Assembly: GCA_965221905.1 (NCBI GenBank)
Contig: OZ244922.1
Span: 2,976,001 to 3,040,000, forward strand
Origin: Chloroflexota bacterium
GTDB taxonomy: Bacteria; Chloroflexota; UBA11872; VXOZ01
DNA: 64,000 nucleotides
Direction: 5' to 3'
A program made the position numbers and the translations under genes. How positions within the stretch are numbered: the stretch's first letter is position 1; each line of letters opens with the position of its first letter. The notes beneath the pieces were generated by a model. It did not search any database, had not been told where the DNA came from, and saw only the letters and a list, made by a program, of their open reading frames with translations. Below are positions 1 to 9,276 of the stretch, piece by piece.

Positions 1-450
1 GAAGCCGTGGCGAGCCCAGAGGAGCTAGACTCCGTACGCCTCAGACGCAAAATCTGCCTCGTCTCCCAGACCACACAGACGGTAGAGCGTTTTCAGGCTG
101 TGGCCCGCCGTTTGATGGACTTGGCGCTGGAGGATGCGCTCGAAGTACACGTGGTCAATACGCTCTGCTTCGCGACCACCAAACAACAGGCGGCCGCTCG
201 CGATATCCTCCCACAGGTGGACATCATGATCGTGGTAGGCGGACGAAACAGTGCGAATACGACCCACCTCGCCGAGATTTCCCGCGACGCAAGTACCCCG
301 ACATATCACATCGAAACGGCTGCCGAACTCGATCCTGCCTGGTTCTCGCACAAAGAGAGCGTCGGCATTACCGCGGGCGCTTCGACACCGGATTGGTCGG
401 TGCAAGAGGTGGTGACCTGGCTCAAAGAGCTAGACGCAGTAGCATCCTAG
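1..450 (+). CDS. ispH: 4-hydroxy-3-methylbut-2-enyl diphosphate reductase, C-terminal part (5' end outside window)
   Basis: IspH motifs SQTTQ, NTLCFAT, VGGRNSANT, VGITAGASTPDW. Confidence 0.93.
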   Translation, partial: EAVASPEELDSVRLRRKICLVSQTTQTVERFQAVARRLMDLALEDALEVHVVNTLCFATTKQQAAARDILPQVDIMIVVGGRNSANTTHLAEISRDASTPTYHIETAAELDPAWFSHKESVGITAGASTPDWSVQEVVTWLKELDAVAS

Positions 451-786
451 CGAGTATCTCGCTCGCAAGTTGCACCTGCCCGCTCTGGCGAAGAACACCT
501 CACTTGGGCTGCAACTTCGATAATGCCGCAGAGCGCACCATGAGCGGAAAGACAGCCAGAGTGCGCTATGCGCCGGCAACCAATGCAGTATGTCCTGATT
601 GAGTGAACAATCGGAGTGAGTTTCCGGTAATCCCGCAGGCTCATCCCGCCCAGTGTACAATTGTCCGGCTGCTGGAGTACCGTAGAGCCAGTAAGAACTC
701 GCATAGCGGCAAGCCGGTATACGCTGCCTCCCTCCAAGAAGAGGGTCTCAGCGAGCGTGCAAATCATGCAAAAGAGCATTACCTTC

Positions 787-2145
787 ATGAACGTAACATC
801 CGATCAACCAGACGTTGAGGAACTGCCGGCGAACTCCGTTGCTACTCCCAGTGGGATCGTTGCCCTCGTAGGGCGGCCGAATGTGGGGAAGTCCAGCATC
901 TTCAATCGGTTGCTCGGACAGCGCCAAGCCGTCGTAGAGGATATCCCCGGTACCACCCGCGACCGCATCTACGGCGTTGTAGAGTGGCAGGGCCACGCCT
1001 TCACGGTCACCGATACCGGCGGCATCGTCGCGGAAAGCGATGCGCTGACGGAGTCCGTACTTGGTCAGGTACACGCCGCAATCGACGAAGCAACCGTCAT
1101 CGTCTTCGTCGTAGACACGCCTACCGGGATCACGCCACAAGACGCAGAAATCGCCGGCCTCCTGCGCAACACGAAGAAGCCTGTAGTGATTGCTGCGAAC
1201 AAAGCTGACAATCAGGACCAACACTTGCAGACGTTTGAGTTCTTCTCTCTGGGCATGGGCGAGGTAATCTCACTTTCGGCGCTACACGGGCTTGGCACCG
1301 GCGATCTCCTCGATGCCATCTGCGCACACATTCCAAGATCGGAAGAAACGAACGCTGAGACGGCACTGCCCCAGTTCGCTATTGTCGGACGGCCAAACGT
1401 AGGGAAGTCGGCGCTGCTCAACGCACTGCTCGGACACGAACGCACGATTGTCAGCGAAATTCCCGGCACTACGCGGGACGCCATCGACACTGTCGTCACT
1501 TACGGGGAAGACACTGCGGTACTGATCGACACTGCCGGAATCCGGCGGAGCGGCAAAGTGCAGCACGGCGTGGAATCTCATAGTGTGCTCCGCACTGTGC
1601 GGGCACTCGAGCGCTGCAACGTTGCCCTTCTCGTCGTCGATGCCGCCGAAGGGCTGACTGCGCAGGACGTGCACATAGCAGGTTATGTCAATGATGCGTT
1701 CAAGGGACTGGTCGTCTTGATCAACAAATGGGATCTGGTCGACGCAGACGCCGGGGAAGTAAAACGGATGATTCAGGGGCGATTGCGCTGGATGCCGCAC
1801 GCGCCGTCCGTGGTTATGTCCGCAAAGTCCGGCTACCACCTTGCCCACATACTTCCGGCAGCCCTGCAGGTATTTGCCGAGCGCGGCAGGCGCATCACCA
1901 CCGGGACGCTCAACCGCGCGCTGCGCGCATGGCTGGCCAACCGCACCCTCTCATCGAAGCGAAAGCGGCTCAGCATCTACTACGTGACCCAAGCGAGCAC
2001 GCATCCGCCGACCTTCATATTCTCCGTTAACAATCCGGCCCTCGTTCACTTTTCGCACCGCCGCTTCTTGGAAAACAAAATACGGCGGCAGTTTGGTTTC
2101 GCCGGTACGCCAATACGGCTGCTTTTCCACGACCATCATGGCTGA
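787..2145 (+). CDS. der: Ribosome biogenesis GTPase Der/EngA
   Basis: Two G-domains (GRPNVGKS twice, DTGG/DTAG, NKAD/NKWD) plus KH-like tail; start uncertain (ATG 766 or 787). Confidence 0.95.
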   Translation: MNVTSDQPDVEELPANSVATPSGIVALVGRPNVGKSSIFNRLLGQRQAVVEDIPGTTRDRIYGVVEWQGHAFTVTDTGGIVAESDALTESVLGQVHAAIDEATVIVFVVDTPTGITPQDAEIAGLLRNTKKPVVIAANKADNQDQHLQTFEFFSLGMGEVISLSALHGLGTGDLLDAICAHIPRSEETNAETALPQFAIVGRPNVGKSALLNALLGHERTIVSEIPGTTRDAIDTVVTYGEDTAVLIDTAGIRRSGKVQHGVESHSVLRTVRALERCNVALLVVDAAEGLTAQDVHIAGYVNDAFKGLVVLINKWDLVDADAGEVKRMIQGRLRWMPHAPSVVMSAKSGYHLAHILPAALQVFAERGRRITTGTLNRALRAWLANRTLSSKRKRLSIYYVTQASTHPPTFIFSVNNPALVHFSHRRFLENKIRRQFGFAGTPIRLLFHDHHG

Positions 2146-2761
2146 TTTCCTTTGGTACGCGGTCTCTATCGTCATTGGGTATCTCGCCGGGTCTATTCCT
2201 AGTGGCTGGCTGATAGCCCGCCTCATGCATCAAACGGACATCCGCAAGTACGGTAGTGGGCGTACAGGATCTACTAACGTGTGGCGCACGTTCGGCGTAG
2301 TGCCCGGCGTACTATCCTTCGTCGGAGATGCGCTGAAAGTTATCTTGCCTCTCTTTGCTCTTCGCCTAGCGTTTCCCGGCAATGAGATAGCGGAAGCACT
2401 CATGGCATTTGCGGCAATTCTCGGCCACAACTGGCCCCTCTTCATCGGTTTTCGCGGCGGCAGGGGCATGGTACCGGGCGCAGCGGGCCTCGCCTTCATG
2501 GTGCCGCCCACCATGGCTGTTCTATGGGTGATCTTCTTGCCGGTCATGCTCATCAGCCGGTACGTGTCCCTTGCATCGCTTACTACAGTAGCCGCTGCCC
2601 CGATTCTGATTGCTATTGCAATGCTTTGGTTCCAAGTACCCGTGGCGTACCTGATCTACGCTATCGTTGGCGGTGTTGTCATATTTCTACAGCACCGCGA
2701 CAACATCGCGCGGCTCTTGGCCGGCACCGAACGCCGCATTTCGCTGGGACGGCAAGACTGA
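2138..2761 (+). CDS. plsY: Glycerol-3-phosphate acyltransferase
   Basis: GYLAGSIP, DIRKYGSGRTGSTN, GHNWP..FRGGRG, QHRDNIARL; follows der. Confidence 0.93.
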   Translation: MADFLWYAVSIVIGYLAGSIPSGWLIARLMHQTDIRKYGSGRTGSTNVWRTFGVVPGVLSFVGDALKVILPLFALRLAFPGNEIAEALMAFAAILGHNWPLFIGFRGGRGMVPGAAGLAFMVPPTMAVLWVIFLPVMLISRYVSLASLTTVAAAPILIAIAMLWFQVPVAYLIYAIVGGVVIFLQHRDNIARLLAGTERRISLGRQD

Positions 2762-2799
2762 GAGACTTCCGCAGCCCGGCACCGCATGGGAGTTACGCC

Positions 2800-3513
2800 G
2801 TGAAGCCTGGAGACGATGTCGCCAAAGCTCCTCTTGAATGTAACGACCAATCCCTCGATTGCGGAGAGAACGCTGCGACCGCCACGATCACCGCGCTTCT
2901 CCCTCGCGGCGCTAAGGGAAACGCCTTTACGGTAGAGCTGAGCAATGGCGAGAGGCTTTCTTTGCGGTCAGAGACTGTGGCTACACACAGACTTAGTGTT
3001 GGCGACACGGTGGATTCCGCCGCCATCACCGCGTGGCAACGTGACAACAGCGCTCGGCTTGCCGTGGAAGCCGGCCTGAACTTCATCTCCTTCCGCCCCC
3101 GCAGCACCAAAGAGGTGGCAGACCACCTGCGCAAGAAGCCGCTTGACACGGCAGCCCGCGACCATGCTATTGGCCGCTTGCAAGAGCTAGGGTATTTAGA
3201 CGACGCGGCATTTGCCCGTTTCTGGGTGGAGAGCCGAGACACGCATCGGCCCAGAGGCAGAAGGGCGCTCGCTTGGGAACTGCGGCAAAAGGGCGTTGCC
3301 GACGCCATCATCGAAGACACGCTGGCGCGGTTCCCCGGTGACGAGACCACGCTGGCACACGAGGCCGCCCGTAAACGCGCGACGACACTCAAGACTACCG
3401 ATCCTTCCAAATTCCGCCAACAGCTCGGTGCATTCCTCGCCCGCAGGGGCTTCAGCTACGAGGTCGCCGGCCAGGTGGTGGACGATCTCTGGGAGGAACT
3501 GCGCGGAGACTGA
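2800..3513 (+). CDS. recX: Regulatory protein RecX
   Basis: RPRSTKEV, GYLDDAAFA, ELRQKGV, FLARRGF; GTG start inferred. Confidence 0.88.
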   Translation: MKPGDDVAKAPLECNDQSLDCGENAATATITALLPRGAKGNAFTVELSNGERLSLRSETVATHRLSVGDTVDSAAITAWQRDNSARLAVEAGLNFISFRPRSTKEVADHLRKKPLDTAARDHAIGRLQELGYLDDAAFARFWVESRDTHRPRGRRALAWELRQKGVADAIIEDTLARFPGDETTLAHEAARKRATTLKTTDPSKFRQQLGAFLARRGFSYEVAGQVVDDLWEELRGD

Positions 3514-3633
3514 GCAATTCGCTAAGACTGCGCGATACGCGAAGACGACTCTCATTTCTCAAAATAGGTTGCTAGATGGCTGTGCAGCCGCATATGATGT
3601 TAATAATTGGGGCTGCAAGAGAGGAGAGCAATC

Positions 3634-4182
3634 ATGGCTAGCTCTACGCCCACATTCAAATTCACATACGCGGACTACAGAAACGCACCGGATGAAAAGC
3701 GCTACGAATTATTGGACGGAGACTTAGTTGTGGTTCCAGCGCCAAAAGAGGTTCACCAAAGAGTATTGATTAACCTCACAATTCTGTTGGGGCAGTTGGT
3801 AAGGCACACGGGTGTTGGCGAAATCTATGCCGCACCTTTCGATGTAGTGCTGTCGGATACGGACGTTGTGCAGCCCGATCTGCTGTTTGTCTCCAATGAG
3901 CGGGTACACATTATCACTGACGAAAACGTCCAAGGCGCGCCCGACCTCGTAGTCGAAATCCTCTCGCCGTCAACGGCCGAGCGGGACAAGACCTTCAAAC
4001 GCTCCCTCTACGCCAAGCACGGCGTCAAGGAATACTGGCTGGTGGACACCGATGCCGAGACGGTGACGGTCCTGGTGTGGGACGCACACCATTTTGTGGA
4101 AATCGGCGTTTGCGGTAAAGGACAGACCCTATCCTCGCCCACCCTGAAGGGATTCACCATCAATTCGGACGATGTTTTCTAG
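3634..4182 (+). CDS. Uma2 family endonuclease-like protein
   Basis: RYELLDG, VQPDLLFV, GAPDLVVEILSPST, YAKHGVKEYWLVD; SD GAGGAG upstream. Confidence 0.92.
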   Translation: MASSTPTFKFTYADYRNAPDEKRYELLDGDLVVVPAPKEVHQRVLINLTILLGQLVRHTGVGEIYAAPFDVVLSDTDVVQPDLLFVSNERVHIITDENVQGAPDLVVEILSPSTAERDKTFKRSLYAKHGVKEYWLVDTDAETVTVLVWDAHHFVEIGVCGKGQTLSSPTLKGFTINSDDVF

Positions 4183-4261
4183 GCCCGGTCTCTGCCACTT
4201 AGGGATTATGGACCCACGCGCGTTGTCATAGGAGAGGCACGAGCTTACGTGCTGCCGATTG

Positions 4262-5776
4262 CTATTCTGCCAGCATACTGAAGGTAGGTTTCAGCGCAGG
4301 ATACAAGGCACAGAACACCTCGAATTGCCGTTCGTAGCAAGCGGAAGCATCCACTTCAGGTGCGAAGGTCGCTTCAACTCTCGGATTCCACGCGGCGAGC
4401 CAGTTAATGTCTTTTTTATCGGCAGCGACGAACGCTAATAACGCAGCCCCCTGAGCCGCGCTGTCGCCGCCCTCGATCACGGCAAGGGGACGCCGCAGCA
4501 CATTCGCGAGGATTTGCAGGACGACCGAGAAGGCAGCACCACCAGTTACGGTAAGGGGAGCTATCCTGCCTCCAAGCTGCGCCTCCATCTCGGTTAACAC
4601 GTTTCGCACGGCAAACGCAATACCCTCCACCACCGCCCGCGCCATCTCGGCACGACCCGTGCCAAGGCGCAGTCCATAGAAGATGCCGCGCGCATCACGG
4701 TCCCACAACGGCGCGCGTTCACCCATCAGATACGGCAAGAAGATTACGCCGCCGGCGCCCGGTTCACTCGTGCCTGCCAGCGCCACCAACTCGTCGACAG
4801 ATTCAGCGCCCAAGAGCGCTGCTGCCCAGCGCAAGGTCGCGCCGCCCATCAACGTCGGCGCCACGTGCAGGTAGCGATCCGGCAAGACGTGACGGCGCGT
4901 ATAGAAACGCGGGTCGGTTACGCGGCGCTCGGTACTCACTGTGAGAACACTGGTCGTACCCAGCGACAGCAATCCGGCGTGCGGCGTAACAAGGCCCGCG
5001 CCAACTGCCGCGGCCTGCGCGTCCGCTCCTCCCATTGCGACCGGCGTGCCTGCCGGAAGGCCTAACTCTTTCGCGGCTCCGGCGGAAACGCTGCCTATCC
5101 TCGCCTCCGACGGCATGTGCGGCGGCAGCTTTTCCAACGGGATGCCAAGGCTTCGACACCAGGCGTCCAGCCAGCGCGGCGGGTCGTCCAGCGCAAAGAG
5201 GCCTGAGAGCTGCGCGTTGGCCCAGTCAATCCCAAAGTTACCGGTGAGACGATACGCCAGGTAGGTAGTCAAAGAGCCAAAGTAGGCGCACGCTTCCACA
5301 AGCTCGGGTCGCTCTTCCACCAGCCAGAGCATGCTGCTGAGTGTCGTGCTTCCGCTCTCGATCCGAATCCCTGTCCGCGGCACTATCGAGGACTGGCTTT
5401 CGCGCACCAACACGCGCTTCACCTGCTGCGCACTCCGCCGGTCTTCATAGATGATCCCGGCGTGCAGCGGCGTGCCATCCGACGCCAGGGGCGCTACCGA
5501 CGGAGCGAGAGACGAGATTCCAATCCCAATGATGCGCTTTGAGGTGGGACCGCCGGGTATCGCCGCGAATGCCCCGTGACAGGCTGTTACCGCGCTCTCC
5601 CAGCAGCGCGCGAAGTCAACCTCAGCCCAGCCCGGCTGTGGGCGCACAATCCGCGTAGGCGCACTGCCTCGCGCCACGATGGTCCCCTCGCCGGTGCAAA
5701 GGACCACCTTGGTCGCTGTACTTCCAACGTCAATACCTATTGCGAATTCAGGAATCATAGCCGGAAGGGCAAACAA
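4262..5776 (-). CDS. FGGY-family sugar kinase (xylulokinase-like)
   Basis: IGIDVGSTATK, GGADAQAA, FLPYLMGERAP, RAVVEG; true start may be slightly downstream. Confidence 0.88.
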   Translation of the reverse strand: MFALPAMIPEFAIGIDVGSTATKVVLCTGEGTIVARGSAPTRIVRPQPGWAEVDFARCWESAVTACHGAFAAIPGGPTSKRIIGIGISSLAPSVAPLASDGTPLHAGIIYEDRRSAQQVKRVLVRESQSSIVPRTGIRIESGSTTLSSMLWLVEERPELVEACAYFGSLTTYLAYRLTGNFGIDWANAQLSGLFALDDPPRWLDAWCRSLGIPLEKLPPHMPSEARIGSVSAGAAKELGLPAGTPVAMGGADAQAAAVGAGLVTPHAGLLSLGTTSVLTVSTERRVTDPRFYTRRHVLPDRYLHVAPTLMGGATLRWAAALLGAESVDELVALAGTSEPGAGGVIFLPYLMGERAPLWDRDARGIFYGLRLGTGRAEMARAVVEGIAFAVRNVLTEMEAQLGGRIAPLTVTGGAAFSVVLQILANVLRRPLAVIEGGDSAAQGAALLAFVAADKKDINWLAAWNPRVEATFAPEVDASACYERQFEVFCALYPALKPTFSMLAE

Positions 5777-5846
5777 TTCTGCCCCAATTGCACAACCGCA
5801 AGAGCGCTATTCCGGACGGGCAATTGCCTAAGTGGAAATGGCAAAT

Positions 5847-6929
5847 CTAGCGCCGAATGCGCGCCGAACCACCCGCCGCGAACGCGCGCACGTCGTCTAC
5901 CGTTGCCATCGTGGTGTCGCCTGGGAACGAGGTAATCAACGCGCCGTGCGCCCAGCCCAGCCTCACCGCGTCGGCGGGAGCTTCACCCGAGAGGATTCCA
6001 TAGATAAGCCCGGACGCGAAGCCATCTCCGCCGCCGACACGATCGAGAACATCAAGTTCGGCAGTGGGCGCGAGGTGGACTTCGCCGTTGATCCACGTCA
6101 CCGCGCTCCAACTGTGCCGGTTCGTAGAGTGCACTTCGCGAAGCGTGGTGGCTACGATCCTAACCTGCGGAAACTGACCGACCACCTGATCGATCATGGC
6201 GGTAAAGGCACTGGGGTCGAGCTTGGACTTTGCCGCCACTTCCGGGCCGGGTATTCCTAAACCCGTCTGCAAGTCTTCCTCATTGCCTACGAGCACGTCG
6301 ACATTCTCTACAATGCGCCGATTCACCGCGCTGGCACGGTCTTCTCCACCCCATATTTGCCAGAGCTTCGCGCGGAAGTTCAGGTCGTAGGATACGATCG
6401 CGCCTGCCGCCTTGGCCGCTTGCATGCCCTCGATGATTACTTCCGACGTCGTGGGAGAGAGCGCCGCAAAGATACCGCCGCTATGAAACCAGCGCACGCC
6501 GCCCGCAAAGATTGCATCCCAATCGAAGTCACCGGGCTTGAGCTGCGCCGCCGCTTCGTTGCACCGGTTGTAGAAGACCACCGGCGCGCGCACGCCTTGG
6601 CCGCGGTCGCTATAGACCGTCGCCATGTTCGGCCCGTTCACGCCGTTGTGCTCGAAGCGCTTATAGAACGGCGTAACTCCCATCGCGCGCACACGCTCTG
6701 CAATCAAGTCTCCAATCGGATAGTCGACCATTGCTGTCGCGACGCCGGTGTTTAGACCGAAGCAATCGGCCAAGTTGGCGGCAGTATTGAACTCTCCGCC
6801 GCTAACGTGGATTGCGCACGTGTGCGCCTTGCGGAAGGGAATGATCCCAGGATCAAGGCGGTGGACAAGCGCCCCCAGCGCAACAAAGTCACGCCCTGCT
6901 TCCGCATTGACATCTAGTCCATAGCTCAT
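5847..6929 (-). CDS. PfkB-family sugar kinase (2-dehydro-3-deoxygluconokinase-like)
   Basis: GGEFNTA, DLNFRAKLW, DRVGGGDGFASG signature. Confidence 0.9.
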   Translation of the reverse strand: MSYGLDVNAEAGRDFVALGALVHRLDPGIIPFRKAHTCAIHVSGGEFNTAANLADCFGLNTGVATAMVDYPIGDLIAERVRAMGVTPFYKRFEHNGVNGPNMATVYSDRGQGVRAPVVFYNRCNEAAAQLKPGDFDWDAIFAGGVRWFHSGGIFAALSPTTSEVIIEGMQAAKAAGAIVSYDLNFRAKLWQIWGGEDRASAVNRRIVENVDVLVGNEEDLQTGLGIPGPEVAAKSKLDPSAFTAMIDQVVGQFPQVRIVATTLREVHSTNRHSWSAVTWINGEVHLAPTAELDVLDRVGGGDGFASGLIYGILSGEAPADAVRLGWAHGALITSFPGDTTMATVDDVRAFAAGGSARIRR

Positions 6930-7496
6930 CGTTCATTCCCTTTCCCGTAGGCGAGCTTCGTGTGTTCTCTTACTTACGCACTTGGCGGCAAAATATTCTG
7001 CAGCCTGGCTCACGGAGTGATTCCAGCGACAACCAACGCGACACTGCAATTGGAATTATATACCCCAGGCCCGCCAATGAGATAGGAACGCAAGGCAAAC
7101 TCGGAGCCGGCGTTTCGGCGCCTAGCAGCATCTGTGCGAGAGACACCGTTCATGTGCCATCGCTTCAGCCCAGCAGTACAATCCGGGCCCATTTGCTTGT
7201 TGGTTTAATGTGCTTGTTGGTTTAATGTAAGAAGCAAGGATAGCCACATGTGATTCGACCCTTCTACCACCTAAAGACAAGCGAATTCTCTGCGTACGGG
7301 CGTGCTTGCATGCCGCGGTCGCCCAAGAATTGGGATTGAAGGAGCCGGCAGCTTGATGAGAATTCGTAAACGGTGCTACCATGAAATCATGCTGGAATTA
7401 AGTTGCCAAGAGTTTGGCAAGGAAATTGATGCACATAGCCTCTCGTAGTTAGTTTGCTGCGGGCGGCAATTTTATTTAAGGGTCTGCACTTCGCAC

Positions 7497-8330
7497 ATGG
7501 GTGACCGGCGTACATTGCTTAGGGCCGCGGTGCCGGCTGGGCTTGCCGCAATAGCCGGACTTGCCACACTAACCGCAGCGTGCGCTCCGCTTGATAGCCT
7601 GCAGTCGCTCTTGAAGCCGGATGACCGCGAGCACCTCACCGTGCTTGCCGATGCGAGTCTCGCCCCAACTGTCCCGTCGCTCAAGGGCGACTTCGAGCGC
7701 GCCAACCCCCACGCGCTCCTCTCAATCTCGTTACTCTCTTCCGGCGCCATCATGAAGACCGTCTTGCGAGGCAAGGATTTCGATGCTGTCCTCCTCGGGG
7801 GAGACACGTTTGGCGTGCCGATCGTCGAGGCCGGGCTGATTAAGGTCGGGACCATGCGCCCGATTACTTCGAACTGGCTCGTCATTGCAACCTCGGGCGA
7901 AAGCTCACTGGAATTGCAGAGTGCCCGTGACCTGCTGTTCGACGATGTAAAGCGCGTTGGAATCGCCGACTGGGAGCAATCGGCGCTCGGCATATACTCG
8001 CACCAAGCCTTGGATAACCTCGCACTATGGGATTCCCTGGCGTCGAAGCGTGTAAAAAGCAGAGACGAGAGAGAGTTAGCGGAGGAGCTCATCGGCGGAA
8101 AAGTAGACGCCGCCCTGCTCTATTCCTCATCCGCCAACTCCTCGGAAGAGCGCATAACAATCCAGGCCCCCGTCGCAGAACTGAGTCACCGTCCTATCAT
8201 CTACTACGTCGGCATTGCGCAACAAAGCAAGTACCCCATCACAATTTCGCAGTTTTCAAAATACCTCGTCAGCCAGTGGGGGCAGCGCCACTTTGAGTCC
8301 GCCGGCTTCAGAATGCTGACCCTGCGCTAG
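7497..8330 (+). CDS. Molybdate ABC transporter substrate-binding lipoprotein, ModA-like (no modBC adjacent)
   Basis: Lipobox TAAC, ADASL, SSG, G-x-Y..QAL, DAALLYSS, PIIY. Confidence 0.72.
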   Translation: MGDRRTLLRAAVPAGLAAIAGLATLTAACAPLDSLQSLLKPDDREHLTVLADASLAPTVPSLKGDFERANPHALLSISLLSSGAIMKTVLRGKDFDAVLLGGDTFGVPIVEAGLIKVGTMRPITSNWLVIATSGESSLELQSARDLLFDDVKRVGIADWEQSALGIYSHQALDNLALWDSLASKRVKSRDERELAEELIGGKVDAALLYSSSANSSEERITIQAPVAELSHRPIIYYVGIAQQSKYPITISQFSKYLVSQWGQRHFESAGFRMLTLR

Positions 8331-8350
8331 CAGAAGGAACGAAGAGCGTT

Positions 8351-9166
8351 ATGACCTTCAACACACGCCTCGGCCAGACTTGCACACAGAAGAACAGTTC
8401 ACTCTGTATTGGCTTGGATGTAGACCTCTCACGGTTGCCCGCCGATATTCCGGCAACGCGTGACGGCGTTATTCGCTTTTGCCGTGAAATCATCGATGCC
8501 ACCCACCGGTACGCCGCTGCCTACAAGCCCAACGCCGCTTTTTTCGAAAGCATGGGCACCTGGGGTCTGGAAGCGCTGCTAACGGTTCGACAGCACATTC
8601 CGCCTGACGCTATTGCGATTCTCGATGCCAAGCGCGGCGATATGGATAATACAAACGTCCAGTACGCACGTGCCGCCTTCGACACTCTGGGCTTCGATGC
8701 CATAACCGTACATCCCTACCTTGGGGCCGAAGCGCTGGATCCCTTCCTCTGCCGCGCAGAAAACGGCGTCTTCGTGCTCTGCCGCACGTCTAACCCCGGC
8801 GCAGGCGAGTTCCAAGACATGCGCATCGATTCTGGAGACCCACTCTTTCTCGCGGTGGCAAAAGCTACACACACCTGGAACAAGAATGAAAATTGCGGGC
8901 TCGTAACGGGGGCAACGTACCCCAACGAACTAGAGCAGGTGCGCAGCGTAGCCCCGGACTTGCCTTTGTTGATACCGGGCATCGGCGCACAGGGCGGCGA
9001 TTTGGAGGCTTCAGTCAAGGCCGCGGGCATCGGCGCACCCATGCTCATCAATGCCTCGCGCAGCATTCTCTATGCCAGCACAGAGCGCGACTATGCCGAG
9101 GCAGCGGCAGACGCGGCCGCAAAGCTCCACGCGGAAATCATCCAAGTGCGCGCGGCAGTTGCGTAG
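8351..9166 (+). CDS. pyrF: Orotidine-5'-phosphate decarboxylase
   Basis: LCIGLD, YKPNAAFFE, ILDAKRGD, LCRTSNP, LIPGIGAQGG. Confidence 0.95.
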   Translation: MTFNTRLGQTCTQKNSSLCIGLDVDLSRLPADIPATRDGVIRFCREIIDATHRYAAAYKPNAAFFESMGTWGLEALLTVRQHIPPDAIAILDAKRGDMDNTNVQYARAAFDTLGFDAITVHPYLGAEALDPFLCRAENGVFVLCRTSNPGAGEFQDMRIDSGDPLFLAVAKATHTWNKNENCGLVTGATYPNELEQVRSVAPDLPLLIPGIGAQGGDLEASVKAAGIGAPMLINASRSILYASTERDYAEAAADAAAKLHAEIIQVRAAVA

Positions 9167-9190
9167 GGGCACGACATGTCGTGCCCCTAC
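9163..9190. repeat. Perfect 28-bp GTAG-type REP-like palindrome
   Basis: GTAGGGGCACGACATGTCGTGCCCCTAC; identical copy at 62044-62071. Confidence 0.9.
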
Positions 9191-9222
9191 ATCCGAGGTC
9201 AACCGCGCGCGGCATTCACTCT

Positions 9223-9248
9223 CCGTTCGCACTGAGCCTGTCGAAGTG
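9223..9248 (-). repeat. Solo copy of the CCCTTCGACAGGCTCAGGGCGAACGG repeat family
   Basis: Reverse complement resembles the core of the 28899-29265 array; another copy at 23689-23714. Confidence 0.8.
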
Positions 9249-9276
9249 CGAAGCACCGACCAGGCAAATGCCACGG

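Noticed and set aside
451-765. Riboswitch or ncRNA between ispH and der
   Set aside because: No recognisable conserved motif or convincing structure
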